Positions 1 to 8,697 are shown, numbered from the stretch's first letter. The stretch is 64,000 nt of DNA from Lachnospiraceae bacterium (GCA_015057665.1 SVDY01000006.1:35925-99924); one strand, 5' to 3'. Numbers and translations: made by a program. Notes: a model not told the origin generated them from the sequence alone.

Positions 1-14
1 TATCCACACACATT

Positions 15-41
15 CCCCGGAGATACATCCGGGGATTTTTT
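15..41 (+). terminator. Rho-independent terminator-like hairpin
   Basis: CCCCGG / CCGGGG stem with 8-nt loop followed by a T-run; presumably ends a gene lying left of the window. Confidence 0.45.
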
Positions 42-384
42 ATTGCCTTTTTCAGTCTGTGTCAAAATCAAACACCTATACCCTATTTCAGCAAACAAAC
101 ACCTCTTTCTGGTTTTAAATACCCCGGGGTTAAAGGATTCCTGCTTTCTGCCTCCTGCCGGAAATCTCTCCCAAAACATTTTTCAAAAAAAACGTCTGAA
201 ACCTCTTTTTTCACCCTTTTTAAAAACTTTTTTTCGTCACAAGCCCTTATTTTATGCGGTCTCCCGGGCTTTTTAAACAGTGCACCTAAATGACCCCTTG
301 TGTGGCAACTTTGGAGAAATTAGAATGAACTCATAACAACAAAGGCCTTTGTGAAACTAATCTTTTTCAGAAAGAAGGTATCAC

Positions 385-1005
385 ATGAAAAAACTGAATA
401 ACTATCAACGAACTGTCCAATATCTGGTCAAAGTTTTCAAGCTGATTAATGAGGACTACTTTGAGAACAGCCTTCCTCAGCCACAGACAACAGTCCAGTC
501 GACCGTTGGAGCATACGGACATATCACGACTTCTAAAGTCTGGAAGAATGACGACGGCATGGCATCTTATGAACTGAACATCGGAGCGGACTACCTGTAC
601 AGACCGATTGAGGAGCTTGTAGCGACACTCATCCATGAATCTGTACACCTGTACTGTCTTGAGAATGACATCAAAGATACAAGTAATCGTGGCATCTATC
701 ACAACAAGACCTTCAAGCGGATAGCTGAGGACAAAGGACATCTAATCATCAGTCGTCATCCAAAGTACGGATGGACTATCACAGAGCCGTCTGAGGAAAC
801 TCTTGACTTCTGTATCCGGCATGAACTGACAGATGTTCTGATAACCAGACAGAGCAATGTCCTGTTACCGGGTAAAAGTCCAAAGACAAAACGTCCTTCC
901 AGTACAAGAAAATATATGTGCCCATGTTGTGGCAACAGTTTCCGGGCAACAAAGTTCCTCCGGGTGCTGTGTATGGACTGTGATGAACAATTTGTATTAG
1001 CTTAA
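385..1005 (+). CDS. SprT-like zinc metalloprotease domain protein (mobile-element associated)
   Basis: 206 aa; HExxH motif (LIHESVHLY) and C-terminal CPCC...CMDC zinc-ribbon; AGAAGG SD-like sequence upstream. Confidence 0.75.
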   Translation: MKKLNNYQRTVQYLVKVFKLINEDYFENSLPQPQTTVQSTVGAYGHITTSKVWKNDDGMASYELNIGADYLYRPIEELVATLIHESVHLYCLENDIKDTSNRGIYHNKTFKRIAEDKGHLIISRHPKYGWTITEPSEETLDFCIRHELTDVLITRQSNVLLPGKSPKTKRPSSTRKYMCPCCGNSFRATKFLRVLCMDCDEQFVLA

Positions 1006-1032
1006 TGAGATTGAAAGAAAGAGGTAAACGAT

Positions 1033-1311
1033 ATGTGTAAAACAATGAACCAGTTAGAATCAGTAGTTGACGATTACAGAACTTTAAAGGCTTTAAAAGA
1101 AGATTTAGACTCCCAGTTAAAAGATTTAGAACGTGAGATTATCAGTTATCTCGACCATAACGAAAAGATGTCTGAAACAGGTAGTGATTTCACTGTAAAA
1201 GTAACAACCTGTGAACGACGTACCCTTGATAGCAAACGACTGGAAGCTGACTTAGGCAGTCTAGCGGAATATCAACGAATCAGCCAGTACAGAAGACTTT
1301 ACGTGAAATAG
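1033..1311 (+). CDS. hypothetical coiled-coil protein (mobile-element/phage-like)
   Basis: 92-aa ORF with AAGAGG SD upstream, tightly packed with neighbours; no recognisable domain. Confidence 0.5.
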   Translation: MCKTMNQLESVVDDYRTLKALKEDLDSQLKDLEREIISYLDHNEKMSETGSDFTVKVTTCERRTLDSKRLEADLGSLAEYQRISQYRRLYVK

Positions 1312-1357
1312 ATAGAAAAAAGCTGTCCTATCGGCTATACGGGGATGGAGGACAATA

Positions 1358-1735
1358 ATGAGATACTATTACTATACATTTACTACAACAACCCCCTTTG
1401 AACCATGGACATTTATTTTTGCTACGGATACAGATGATAACCTGTACATGAAAGCTTTAAATCATGCTATTGGTACACGTTACTTTGACGAAAAATATGG
1501 AATTACAATCTGGACAGTGAAAGAACTTAATATTGATGAACCGCTGTCTAATGTTCCGACCAATGTACAAGAATTTTTAAAAGTTGAACTAGACAATATT
1601 AGTTTAACAAACACATTCAAAGCATATACTTCTTACTTCGACTTGCACCACTATGAGAATAATGAATGTTCAACTGTGAAAGAATGTCTTGAATATATCA
1701 TGAATGGGGGCATAGCCAATGATACAGGAAAATGA
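1358..1735 (+). CDS. hypothetical protein
   Basis: 125-aa ORF with GGAGG upstream; same-strand compact operon; no recognisable domain. Confidence 0.45.
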   Translation: MRYYYYTFTTTTPFEPWTFIFATDTDDNLYMKALNHAIGTRYFDEKYGITIWTVKELNIDEPLSNVPTNVQEFLKVELDNISLTNTFKAYTSYFDLHHYENNECSTVKECLEYIMNGGIANDTGK

Positions 1736-1994
1736 TTTTAAATCTAAACTAACAACTATGTTTAAATTAGGAATGACCAAACGTGAATTAATCAGCCGAG
1801 TAAACGATAAGATTTACTTACTGATTGAAAACGACAGCGGTAATCCGGCAGGATTCCATGTGCTCCTCATGGATGATAGAGCAGAAGATAAAGAATTTGT
1901 TCTGGTCGGCAGGAATCTGAATGAGGATGAATCATTAAAACTTGCTTTGAATTTTGCAACACATTGCAACCTGTTTAGAGGAGGAACAAAATGA
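1719..1994 (+). CDS. hypothetical protein
   Basis: 91-aa ORF overlapping the previous ORF end by 17 nt (compact phage/ICE-like packing). Confidence 0.45.
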   Translation: MIQENDFKSKLTTMFKLGMTKRELISRVNDKIYLLIENDSGNPAGFHVLLMDDRAEDKEFVLVGRNLNEDESLKLALNFATHCNLFRGGTK

Positions 1995-2167
1995 ATAGAA
2001 TCACAGCAGACTTTTACATCAAAATCAATAACAAAGATAAAGTGATAGAAACCATCGGCAGAACTACCATTTATACACCAGAGATTAAGTTTTCCACAAA
2101 CACCAGTTCTGGAATTAAATGGTATGAAGATACCTTAAAACCAGAGTATAGAAAATTGCGAGCATGA
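1991..2167 (+). CDS. hypothetical small protein (58 aa)
   Basis: ATGA stop/start overlap with the upstream ORF; below the ORF-track cutoff; read by hand (MNRITADFYIKINN...). Confidence 0.35.
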   Translation: MNRITADFYIKINNKDKVIETIGRTTIYTPEIKFSTNTSSGIKWYEDTLKPEYRKLRA

Positions 2168-2180
2168 GGAGGATTTACAT

Positions 2181-2336
2181 ATGATATTTTTATTTTATGC
2201 AATAGTAGGAACATTGATTATGCCTTTCCTCGGTCTATTTCTTTTAACTACCGCTAAAGGTAGCGACGACCAGGTATTAGGAGCCGGGCTTATCGTAGGC
2301 GGTCTTGTTCTCTGGATAATGTCTGGATTGGTATAG
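2181..2336 (+). CDS. hypothetical small membrane protein (51 aa)
   Basis: GAGGAGG SD 8 nt upstream of the ATG; two hydrophobic segments (MIFLFYAIVGTLIMPFLGLFLL... GLIVGGLVLWIMSGLV). Confidence 0.45.
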   Translation: MIFLFYAIVGTLIMPFLGLFLLTTAKGSDDQVLGAGLIVGGLVLWIMSGLV

Positions 2337-2398
2337 AATCACCATTTATAAGAGGACAGTGAGCAGACCGCCTGCTGTCCTCTATAGGAGGAAATAAC

Positions 2399-3082
2399 AT
2401 GATATACGGATATTGCAGAATCAGTACCCATAAACAAAACATTGAGCGACAGATAAGAAATATCTTGTCCCATCATCCGACTGCTACCATTGTGAAAGAA
2501 ACCTATACCGGGACAAAGTTCCAAGGTCGCAAAGAACTTGACAGCCTGCTTCGGAAAGTTAAAGCAAATGATACTATCATCTTTGATAGTGTTTCCAGAA
2601 TGAGCAGGGACGCAGATGAAGGATTTGAATTATATGAGCGACTGTTCCATGAAAGAATCAATCTTGTCTTTCTTAAAGAACCACATATCAACACTGAAAC
2701 CTATAAAAAGGCAATGACTAATCAGATAAGTTTGACTGGTGAAAAGGTCGACTTCATTCTGGAAGGTATCAACCGCTATCTCATGGAGCTTGCAAAAGAA
2801 CAGATACGAATAGCATTTGACCAAGCAGAAAAAGAAGTCATGGACTTAAGACAGCGGACAAAAGAAGGAATGGAGACAGCAAGACTTTCCGGGAAACAGA
2901 TTGGAAGAAAAGCCGGAACCACATACAGCACGAAAAAGAGTGAGACCGCTAAACAGATGATTCTTAAAAAGTCAAAAGATTTCGGAGGCACATACACAGA
3001 TAAAGATTTAATCAAAGTAATCGGGACTGCCCGGAATAGCTACTACAAGTACAAGAAAGAGCTTCTGGAACAGCATAGATAA
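2399..3082 (+). CDS. small serine recombinase (resolvase/invertase family)
   Basis: 227 aa; N-terminal YGYCRISTHKQ (nucleophilic Ser) and DSVSRMSRD motifs of the resolvase catalytic domain; C-terminal HTH-like tail; AGGAGG SD. Confidence 0.85.
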   Translation: MIYGYCRISTHKQNIERQIRNILSHHPTATIVKETYTGTKFQGRKELDSLLRKVKANDTIIFDSVSRMSRDADEGFELYERLFHERINLVFLKEPHINTETYKKAMTNQISLTGEKVDFILEGINRYLMELAKEQIRIAFDQAEKEVMDLRQRTKEGMETARLSGKQIGRKAGTTYSTKKSETAKQMILKKSKDFGGTYTDKDLIKVIGTARNSYYKYKKELLEQHR

Positions 3083-3087
3083 AATGA

Positions 3088-3123
3088 AAAGCTATCGGTA
3101 AATGATTCTTACTGATAGCTTTT
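3088..3123. terminator. bidirectional hairpin terminator
   Basis: AAAGCTATC ... GATAGCTTT stem flanked by A-run and T-run, directly after the recombinase stop. Confidence 0.6.
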
Positions 3124-3399
3124 AGTATTGATATAAACGAACCTCTTCAATGATACTTTTTTTCCTGTAAGGCAGACCAATAATCTATTGAATTTTAAGA
3201 CTTTTTCTAATTGGTCAGATTTGATACAGCGATAAACCGCTGATAATCATTGCCTTTTTCACCCATATGCGAAAAGCTCTTATTTTATAAGTGTAGATTT
3301 AATAATTTTTAAGACCCTATCTAATAAGGAAAAAACTATATAAACCAACAATTACATATAGACTCATTGTCCACCTATGTATCGAAACTATGCACATTA

Positions 3400-4572
3400 T
3401 CATGTTATACTGGTTTTATCCTGCTCCCATTCATACAGTACGTAATTCACTCCTCTATCTCTTAGTAAACGCAACATCTTCATCTGGACTAAAAATCTTT
3501 CTAGGGGAGATATAGAATCTGTCTGACCAAACAAACAGGTAATAATACCTGTAGCCTTTTCCTCTACTTCCGGCTGTCGCTCATATCCTGCAAGACACAT
3601 TAAATCTCCATAAACTCCATCTGTTCTGTATGAATAATCCAAAACTGATAATTTACAAATATCCTCTACAGATTCACCCGGAAGATACTGTCTTAGTTTT
3701 TCTCTTTGTATGCTCTCTTCTTTCATAAGCATTCTTAATTCTTTGGCATCTTCTACAGATACAATTTCATCCTGTATCAGTCCGTGGATTCTTCCCAGTA
3801 TCTTTGAGTAGAGCATACTCTCTGCTTTATTCCATGGTTCTTTCTGATTTTTTGTCACAATCTCACCTATGGTATTATCCCATAGGTTTCCCATCTTATA
3901 CTGTTCTGTTTCACTATAATCTAAAAATTCAGATAAATGCACATCTCCATTAACTGTAACACATATATCATCTTCAATAAGCCCATACTCGTCAATCTTT
4001 GCTCTATGTAACGGATAATACTTACGAGCTTCCGGCTTTCCTAAAATCTCATAATTATCTACTGCCTTGCCGATATAACAGATATGGTCACTATCTTTAA
4101 ATGGATTATGATAACTCACTTTTACAGAGTCACCGCAAATATCCTTGTAAAACAGGAATGTCTTTTTTCGTTCTTGTACTGTGTTAGTATGATACTTGTC
4201 GATACTAATAGATATTCGTGCAGGTTGCTTGTATTTAATAGGCAATTCTTTCCTTGAATATTCACCAAACCTTGTAAACGCATTAGCAACCTGTTTGCTC
4301 TGTATTGTACCATTGGTGATGCAGGTCAATTGAATTACAGGCAATTTTCTTTCAATTATCGAATCGACTAAGTAATCAATCACATCCGGCACTAAAAACG
4401 GTTCGCCTCCTGTCAAATGAATCCGTCCACATTTATAAATATTATCCAATATGCGGTCAATCAGTTCATAAGAGATAACCCGGTCTTGTGCATCTCCTCT
4501 CCCACAGTGAGGACAGGCTAAATTACATTTACGTGTTACTTCAATTAATAATGTTTCGAGTCTAACACTCAT
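3400..4572 (-). CDS. radical SAM protein with cysteine-less SPASM/twitch-like C-terminal region
   Basis: 390 aa; CNLACPHC (CX3CX2C, residues 16-23), TGGEPF and ITNGT motifs; C-terminal VTVNGDVHLSEF...MGNLWDNTIGEI resembles SPASM layout but lacks the auxiliary-cluster Cys. Confidence 0.85.
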   Translation of the reverse strand: MSVRLETLLIEVTRKCNLACPHCGRGDAQDRVISYELIDRILDNIYKCGRIHLTGGEPFLVPDVIDYLVDSIIERKLPVIQLTCITNGTIQSKQVANAFTRFGEYSRKELPIKYKQPARISISIDKYHTNTVQERKKTFLFYKDICGDSVKVSYHNPFKDSDHICYIGKAVDNYEILGKPEARKYYPLHRAKIDEYGLIEDDICVTVNGDVHLSEFLDYSETEQYKMGNLWDNTIGEIVTKNQKEPWNKAESMLYSKILGRIHGLIQDEIVSVEDAKELRMLMKEESIQREKLRQYLPGESVEDICKLSVLDYSYRTDGVYGDLMCLAGYERQPEVEEKATGIITCLFGQTDSISPLERFLVQMKMLRLLRDRGVNYVLYEWEQDKTSIT

Positions 4573-4648
4573 AAAATCATTCCTTTCTAATTATAAAAAG
4601 CACTAACGTACAAGTACTTGCTCAATACACATACATTAATGCTTTTAC

Positions 4649-4677
4649 TAGACCTCTTTATTTTGATGTGGTATAAT
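4649..4677 (+). promoter_or_regulatory. putative sigma-A promoter (extended -10)
   Basis: TGgTATAAT extended -10 at 4669-4677; weak -35; divergent from the radical SAM gene. Confidence 0.4.
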
Positions 4678-4684
4678 TTCTTTC

Positions 4685-4872
4685 AGGCTTTGTTATGAAC
4701 GACATCACCGGGATATATTCGCTCTGGGTACATTCATGGGTACACATGGCGGAAGAAGTGCTCAAACCTCCTATTTTAAAGCTTTTTTTAATTAGTTGAT
4801 GGGTTCAATTCCCTCTTGGTTCGTATTGGTATGCGCCTCAACACCTTATAAAACAGGAGTTGAGGCTTTTTT
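4685..4872 (+). ncRNA. candidate small non-coding transcript (~190 nt, unknown class)
   Basis: Bounded by the extended -10 promoter and a strong terminator; the only ORF inside (4695-4799) has no SD; internal GCUUU...AAAGC-U7 pairing and a T-arm-like GGGTTCAATTCCC at 4801-4813. Confidence 0.3.
4835..4872 (+). terminator. Rho-independent terminator
   Basis: GCCTCAAC ... GTTGAGGC stem followed by TTTTTT. Confidence 0.7.
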
Positions 4873-5043
4873 ATTTCTGTTATTACTTCTGCTATTTCTT
4901 GTTTTCTTTTTCAATTTTTTCCAAATTATACATTATGCGTACATTTGTTCTATGATATACTGATTTTATACTTAAACAGAAAATGGATGCGATTTTCCGA
5001 TATCAGATGCCCTCAAATCTTACGAAAGAGAGGGTGATGCCCT

Positions 5044-5130
5044 ATGAACACAATGGAAGTCTTGACTTTATTGCTAGTAATTTTCGCGGCTCTGTCATAC
5101 TTTGATAATCATTACGATAAAAAGAAATAA
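5044..5130 (+). CDS. candidate type I toxin, holin-like small hydrophobic peptide (28 aa)
   Basis: MNTMEVLTLLLVIFAALSYFDNHYDKKK: one TM helix plus Lys tail, as in Firmicute holin-like toxin peptides; GAGGGTGA SD 9 nt upstream can pair with an upstream GCCCTC (5009-5014). Confidence 0.55.
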   Translation: MNTMEVLTLLLVIFAALSYFDNHYDKKK

Positions 5131-5211
5131 GCATCCCACCTACCACAGTTTGATGCTTATTCTACAAGTTTCTTCTGAGGGCAATCGGAATTTCCTTCCG
5201 ACTACTTTTCT
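5119..5211 (-). ncRNA. candidate antisense antitoxin sRNA overlapping the toxin 3' end
   Basis: Predicted from the minus-strand promoter at 5218-5246 and a minus-strand terminator (AAGCATC...GATGCTT stem 5129-5158, then a U-rich run from the KKK codons); ends are approximate. Confidence 0.35.
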
Positions 5212-5217
5212 GTTTTA

Positions 5218-5246
5218 AGTATACCATGGGAGATTTGTTCTGACAA
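5218..5246 (-). promoter_or_regulatory. putative sigma-A promoter (TTGTCA-17-TATACT)
   Basis: Minus-strand -35 TTGTCA (5246-5241), 17-nt spacer, -10 TATACT (5223-5218); embedded in the plus-strand terminator hairpin. Confidence 0.45.
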
Positions 5247-5258
5247 GTCTCCCTTTTT
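5228..5258 (+). terminator. Rho-independent terminator of the toxin transcript
   Basis: 11-bp stem GGGAGATTTGT / ACAAGTCTCCC (one G-U) with 4-nt loop, followed by TTTTT. Confidence 0.7.
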
Positions 5259-5444
5259 CATTTAACTTATTCACACATAATTTAGGGTCTTCCCACAACT
5301 CGAAAAAAAAGTTATAATATCCCTTATCATATTCATTCTGTCACCTGACATTTTTTACTGCATACATTATAAATAGAATGACATTTTCCGGTTTTCCATT
5401 TAAACCAGTTAAAATTACATTTCTCTATTAGAAAGGACCCATTT

Positions 5445-6194
5445 ATGCAACTAGCACTACTTACGGCATTCGGTGTGGGCGGTGCCACCATATTCGGAGT
5501 CTTATTAGGCTTCCTTTTTCAGAAAATCCCACATAAATTTAATGATGCCATTTTAGGCTTTGCAGCCGGCATTATGCTTGCAGCTGCCATTATCGGCCTG
5601 ATTCTTCCTTCTTTAGAAGAAGGTAATGTCTGGATTACATCCATTGGAGTACTGATCGGCGCTGTTTTTTTGAATTTTGCGGATAAATTTACTCCTCATC
5701 TTCACCACATCACAGGTGCGGATCAGGAAGTGCACGCGGATTCTCAGAATTCATTAAATAAAGTCATGCTTTTCGTTATGGCCATCGCTATCCATAACCT
5801 GCCGGAAGGTATTGCTGCAGGTGTGGGGTTTGGAAGTGAAAACATTGCAAATGCCATTACTGTTGCTGTCGGTATTGCTCTTCAGAACATTCCGGAAGGC
5901 ATTATCATTGTATCCCCACTCATTATGGCCGGTATTTCCAAAAAGAGAGTGTTCCTCATTGCAAGTTTCACCGGTCTTATTGAAATTATCGGAACTATGA
6001 TCGGTTTTACCGCAGTTACCCTGGCAACAGCCATTCTTCCATTTGCCCTTGCTTTTGCAGGCGGCACCATGATCTACATTATCAGTGATGAGATGATTCC
6101 GGAGACCCACAGTCACGGATATGAACAGATGGCAACCTATTCTCTGTTATTTGGCTTTATTACTATGTTGATTATGGACTTTTATATCGGATAA
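5445..6194 (+). CDS. ZIP family metal (zinc) transporter
   Basis: 249 aa multi-TM protein; HNLPEG and QNIPEG ZIP signatures. Confidence 0.9.
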   Translation: MQLALLTAFGVGGATIFGVLLGFLFQKIPHKFNDAILGFAAGIMLAAAIIGLILPSLEEGNVWITSIGVLIGAVFLNFADKFTPHLHHITGADQEVHADSQNSLNKVMLFVMAIAIHNLPEGIAAGVGFGSENIANAITVAVGIALQNIPEGIIIVSPLIMAGISKKRVFLIASFTGLIEIIGTMIGFTAVTLATAILPFALAFAGGTMIYIISDEMIPETHSHGYEQMATYSLLFGFITMLIMDFYIG

Positions 6195-6263
6195 CATACC
6201 ATTACTTTTCTCCATTATTAAGAAGAAAAACCATTACAAGCAGACCATCCAGGAATAAAAAGA

Positions 6264-6743
6264 ATGAAAATAACAATTATTACTGTAGGAAAAATTAAAG
6301 AAAAATATTTAAAAGATGCCATTGCCGAATATAGCAAACGTTTAAGCAAATATTGCAAACTGGACATTATAGAAGTTGCCGACGAGAAAACACCGGACAA
6401 TGCCAGTGAAGTGGTGGAGAATCAGATTCGCTCAAAAGAAGCAGAACGTATCTTAAAGCATGTAAAGGAAGATGCATTCGTTATTACTCTTGAAATCAAC
6501 GGAAAACAGCTTACCTCCGAGGAACTGGCAAAGAAGATTGATACCCTTGGCATTCAGGGTCACAGCCACATCACCTTTATCATTGGAGGTTCCATCGGAC
6601 TTGGCCAGGAAGTTCTTTCCAAATCCAGCTTTGCTTTAAGCTTTTCCAAGATGACATTTCCCCATCAGCTTATGAGGGTAATCCTCCTGGAACAGATATA
6701 CAGAAGTTATCGAATCATTAACGGCGAACCTTATCACAAGTAA
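6264..6743 (+). CDS. rlmH: 23S rRNA (pseudouridine1915-N3)-methyltransferase RlmH
   Basis: 159 aa; SPOUT family; [16 protein letters not shown]... and C-terminal GEPYHK typical of RlmH. Confidence 0.9.
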   Translation: MKITIITVGKIKEKYLKDAIAEYSKRLSKYCKLDIIEVADEKTPDNASEVVENQIRSKEAERILKHVKEDAFVITLEINGKQLTSEELAKKIDTLGIQGHSHITFIIGGSIGLGQEVLSKSSFALSFSKMTFPHQLMRVILLEQIYRSYRIINGEPYHK

Positions 6744-6753
6744 AATGAATCTC

Positions 6754-6834
6754 AAAAGCCTCGGCATATATTCAGGAATCATAAGTCACAGTACATTGTG
6801 ATCATGGAAATTCCAAATCTATGCCGAGGCTTTT
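6754..6834. terminator. long-range hairpin between convergent genes
   Basis: AAAAGCCTCGGCATA (6754-6768) pairs with TATGCCGAGGCTTTT (6820-6834); 51-nt loop containing a smaller hairpin. Confidence 0.5.
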
Positions 6835-6874
6835 TGTTTTTATATTATGTTACTATATTATGTTTCTACCCGGA

Positions 6875-7612
6875 TTAATCATTCCGTCTTCGGAATAATA
6901 AGATCAGCCGGAGAAGGGATAAGATTCCTGCTGCTGCACTTGCCACATAAGTAAAGGCCGCTGCAGATAATACTTTCTTCGTATGCCCTAATTCTTCTGT
7001 TCTTAACATTCCTGTATTTCCAAGAATCTGTAAGGCTCTGCTTGATGCATTAAATTCCACAGGAAGAGTTACAAGCTGGAATAAAACAGAAAGGGAGAAA
7101 CAGAGAATTCCAATCTCAATAATAATGTTGGAACTGCTAAGGCCAAACAACAGGCCAATCATAATCAACGGCCATGCAATCTTTGATCCAAAGTTGGCTG
7201 CCGGCACAAGTGCTGCACGGATTCGAAGAGGTGCATAGGATTCCTGATCCTGAATAGCGTGACCGCATTCATGGGCTGCAACACCGATTGCTGCAACAGA
7301 GGAAGATCCATAGACTGTGTCAGATAAGCGGAGTACTTTGGAAGACGGGTCATAATGATCTGTCAGATTTCCTGCAATATGTTCAATGCGTACATGGGAA
7401 AGTCCTGCATTATAGAGAATTCTCTGGGCTGCCTCTGCACCTGTCATACCGGAAATACTTCTCACTCTGGAATACTTATTATAGGTAGAATTCACTTTGG
7501 AAGAGGCAATCATGGTAATAACGGCTCCAATAATCACAAGGATATAGGTCCAGTCAAAATAAAAACCCCTGTATCCGCCCATACCGCCATAATAATTCAT
7601 ATACATTAACAT
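6875..7612 (-). CDS. zinc metallopeptidase, YugP-like (Zn_peptidase_2 family)
   Basis: HECGHAIQ motif and TM segments; strong resemblance to B. subtilis YugP; start moved to the Met with an AGGAG SD (ORF-track N-terminal extension rejected). Confidence 0.85.
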   Translation of the reverse strand: MLMYMNYYGGMGGYRGFYFDWTYILVIIGAVITMIASSKVNSTYNKYSRVRSISGMTGAEAAQRILYNAGLSHVRIEHIAGNLTDHYDPSSKVLRLSDTVYGSSSVAAIGVAAHECGHAIQDQESYAPLRIRAALVPAANFGSKIAWPLIMIGLLFGLSSSNIIIEIGILCFSLSVLFQLVTLPVEFNASSRALQILGNTGMLRTEELGHTKKVLSAAAFTYVASAAAGILSLLRLILLFRRRND

Positions 7613-7880
7613 TTTATCAACTCCTGTCAATATGTTGTATTTTATTTTTAAACAAAGGGAACCAATCTGTTCATACATTAGTATCCTCCTGTTTGAGTCA
7701 AAGTATAACACAGACTTATCTTCGATTCAAGAATACGAATCTTTAGAATTTCTGAATTTTTTATGAAGCAAAAGGCCTGGAAAACTTGACGATGGAATCT
7801 TTCAGTGATAAGATAAAAGGTAGTCTGTCAAGTACAGGAAAGTGTACTTGCATTTATAATAAGAAAGGATGGAAATAAAC

Positions 7881-8609
7881 ATGTCAGGACATTCTAAGTT
7901 TGCCAACATTAAACATAAAAAAGAAAAAAATGACGCAAAAAAAGGAAAAATCTTCACAGTCATCGGCCGTGAAATCGCAGTAGCCGTAAAGGAAGGCGGA
8001 TCCGATCCAGCAAATAACTCCCGTCTTCGTGATATCATCGCGAAAGCGAAAGCCAACAACATGCCTAACGATACAATCGAACGTGGTATCAAAAAAGCTG
8101 CCGGCGATCTTGGCAACGTAACATACGAATTCTGTACTTACGAAGGATACGGTCCAAAAGGAATCGCTATCATCGTTGACTGTCTTACAGACAACAAGAA
8201 CCGTACAGCAGGTAACGTAAGAAGTGCTTTCACAAAAGGTAACGGTAACATGGGTACATCCGGATGTGTATCTTACATGTTCGACAAGAAAGGCCAGATC
8301 ATTATCGATAAAGAAGAATGTGAGATGGATGCTGATGAACTCATGATGATCGCACTTGATGCAGGTGCAGAAGACTTCGCTGAAGAAGAAGACAGCTTTG
8401 AAGTAATCACAGATCCAGATGAATTCTCTGCTGTTCGTGAAGCATTAGAAGCAGAAGGAATCCCTATGATTTCCGCTGAAGTTACTATGATTCCTCAGAA
8501 CTACGTAGAACTCACAGACGAAGCTGACATCAAAGCTCTCAATAAGACTTTAGATCTTCTTGATGACGATGACGACGTGCAGAACGTGTACCACAACTGG
8601 GATGAATAA
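7881..8609 (+). CDS. yebC: YebC/PmpR family DNA-binding transcriptional regulator
   Basis: [14 protein letters not shown]... canonical YebC N-terminus; start set at the second Met. Confidence 0.9.
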   Translation: MSGHSKFANIKHKKEKNDAKKGKIFTVIGREIAVAVKEGGSDPANNSRLRDIIAKAKANNMPNDTIERGIKKAAGDLGNVTYEFCTYEGYGPKGIAIIVDCLTDNKNRTAGNVRSAFTKGNGNMGTSGCVSYMFDKKGQIIIDKEECEMDADELMMIALDAGAEDFAEEEDSFEVITDPDEFSAVREALEAEGIPMISAEVTMIPQNYVELTDEADIKALNKTLDLLDDDDDVQNVYHNWDE

Positions 8610-8657
8610 TTGAATCATGCTGTAAAGCCTTATTTTAAAAGAATTATAGGCATTTTG

Positions 8658-8697
8658 CCTCTTAATTGCATGTCACAGTGCAATTAGGAGGTTTTTT
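8658..8697 (+). terminator. Rho-independent terminator
   Basis: 13-bp stem CCTCTTAATTGCA / TGCAATTAGGAGG (one G-U) followed by TTTTTT. Confidence 0.7.

Noticed and set aside
43-276. 77-aa ORF at the left edge of the window
   Set aside because: The translation is low-complexity and homopolymer-driven (poly-T/poly-A DNA), there is no SD, and it sits downstream of a terminator. It is most likely non-coding spacer of the mobile element.
4695-4799. 34-codon ORF (MNDITGIYSLWVHSWVHMAEEVLKPPILKLFLIS) as a RiPP precursor for the adjacent radical SAM enzyme
   Set aside because: There is no Shine-Dalgarno sequence, it is divergently oriented to the enzyme, and it has no Cys, Ser or Thr-rich core or leader-like motif. 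It is retained only as part of the candidate ncRNA.
4801-4828. Possible tRNA gene suggested by the GGGTTCAATTCCC T-arm motif
   Set aside because: The T-stem is only 3 bp before mismatches. No 5' acceptor strand complementary to TTGGTTC and no D or anticodon arms can be drawn upstream. At best it is a tRNA or tmRNA 3' fragment.
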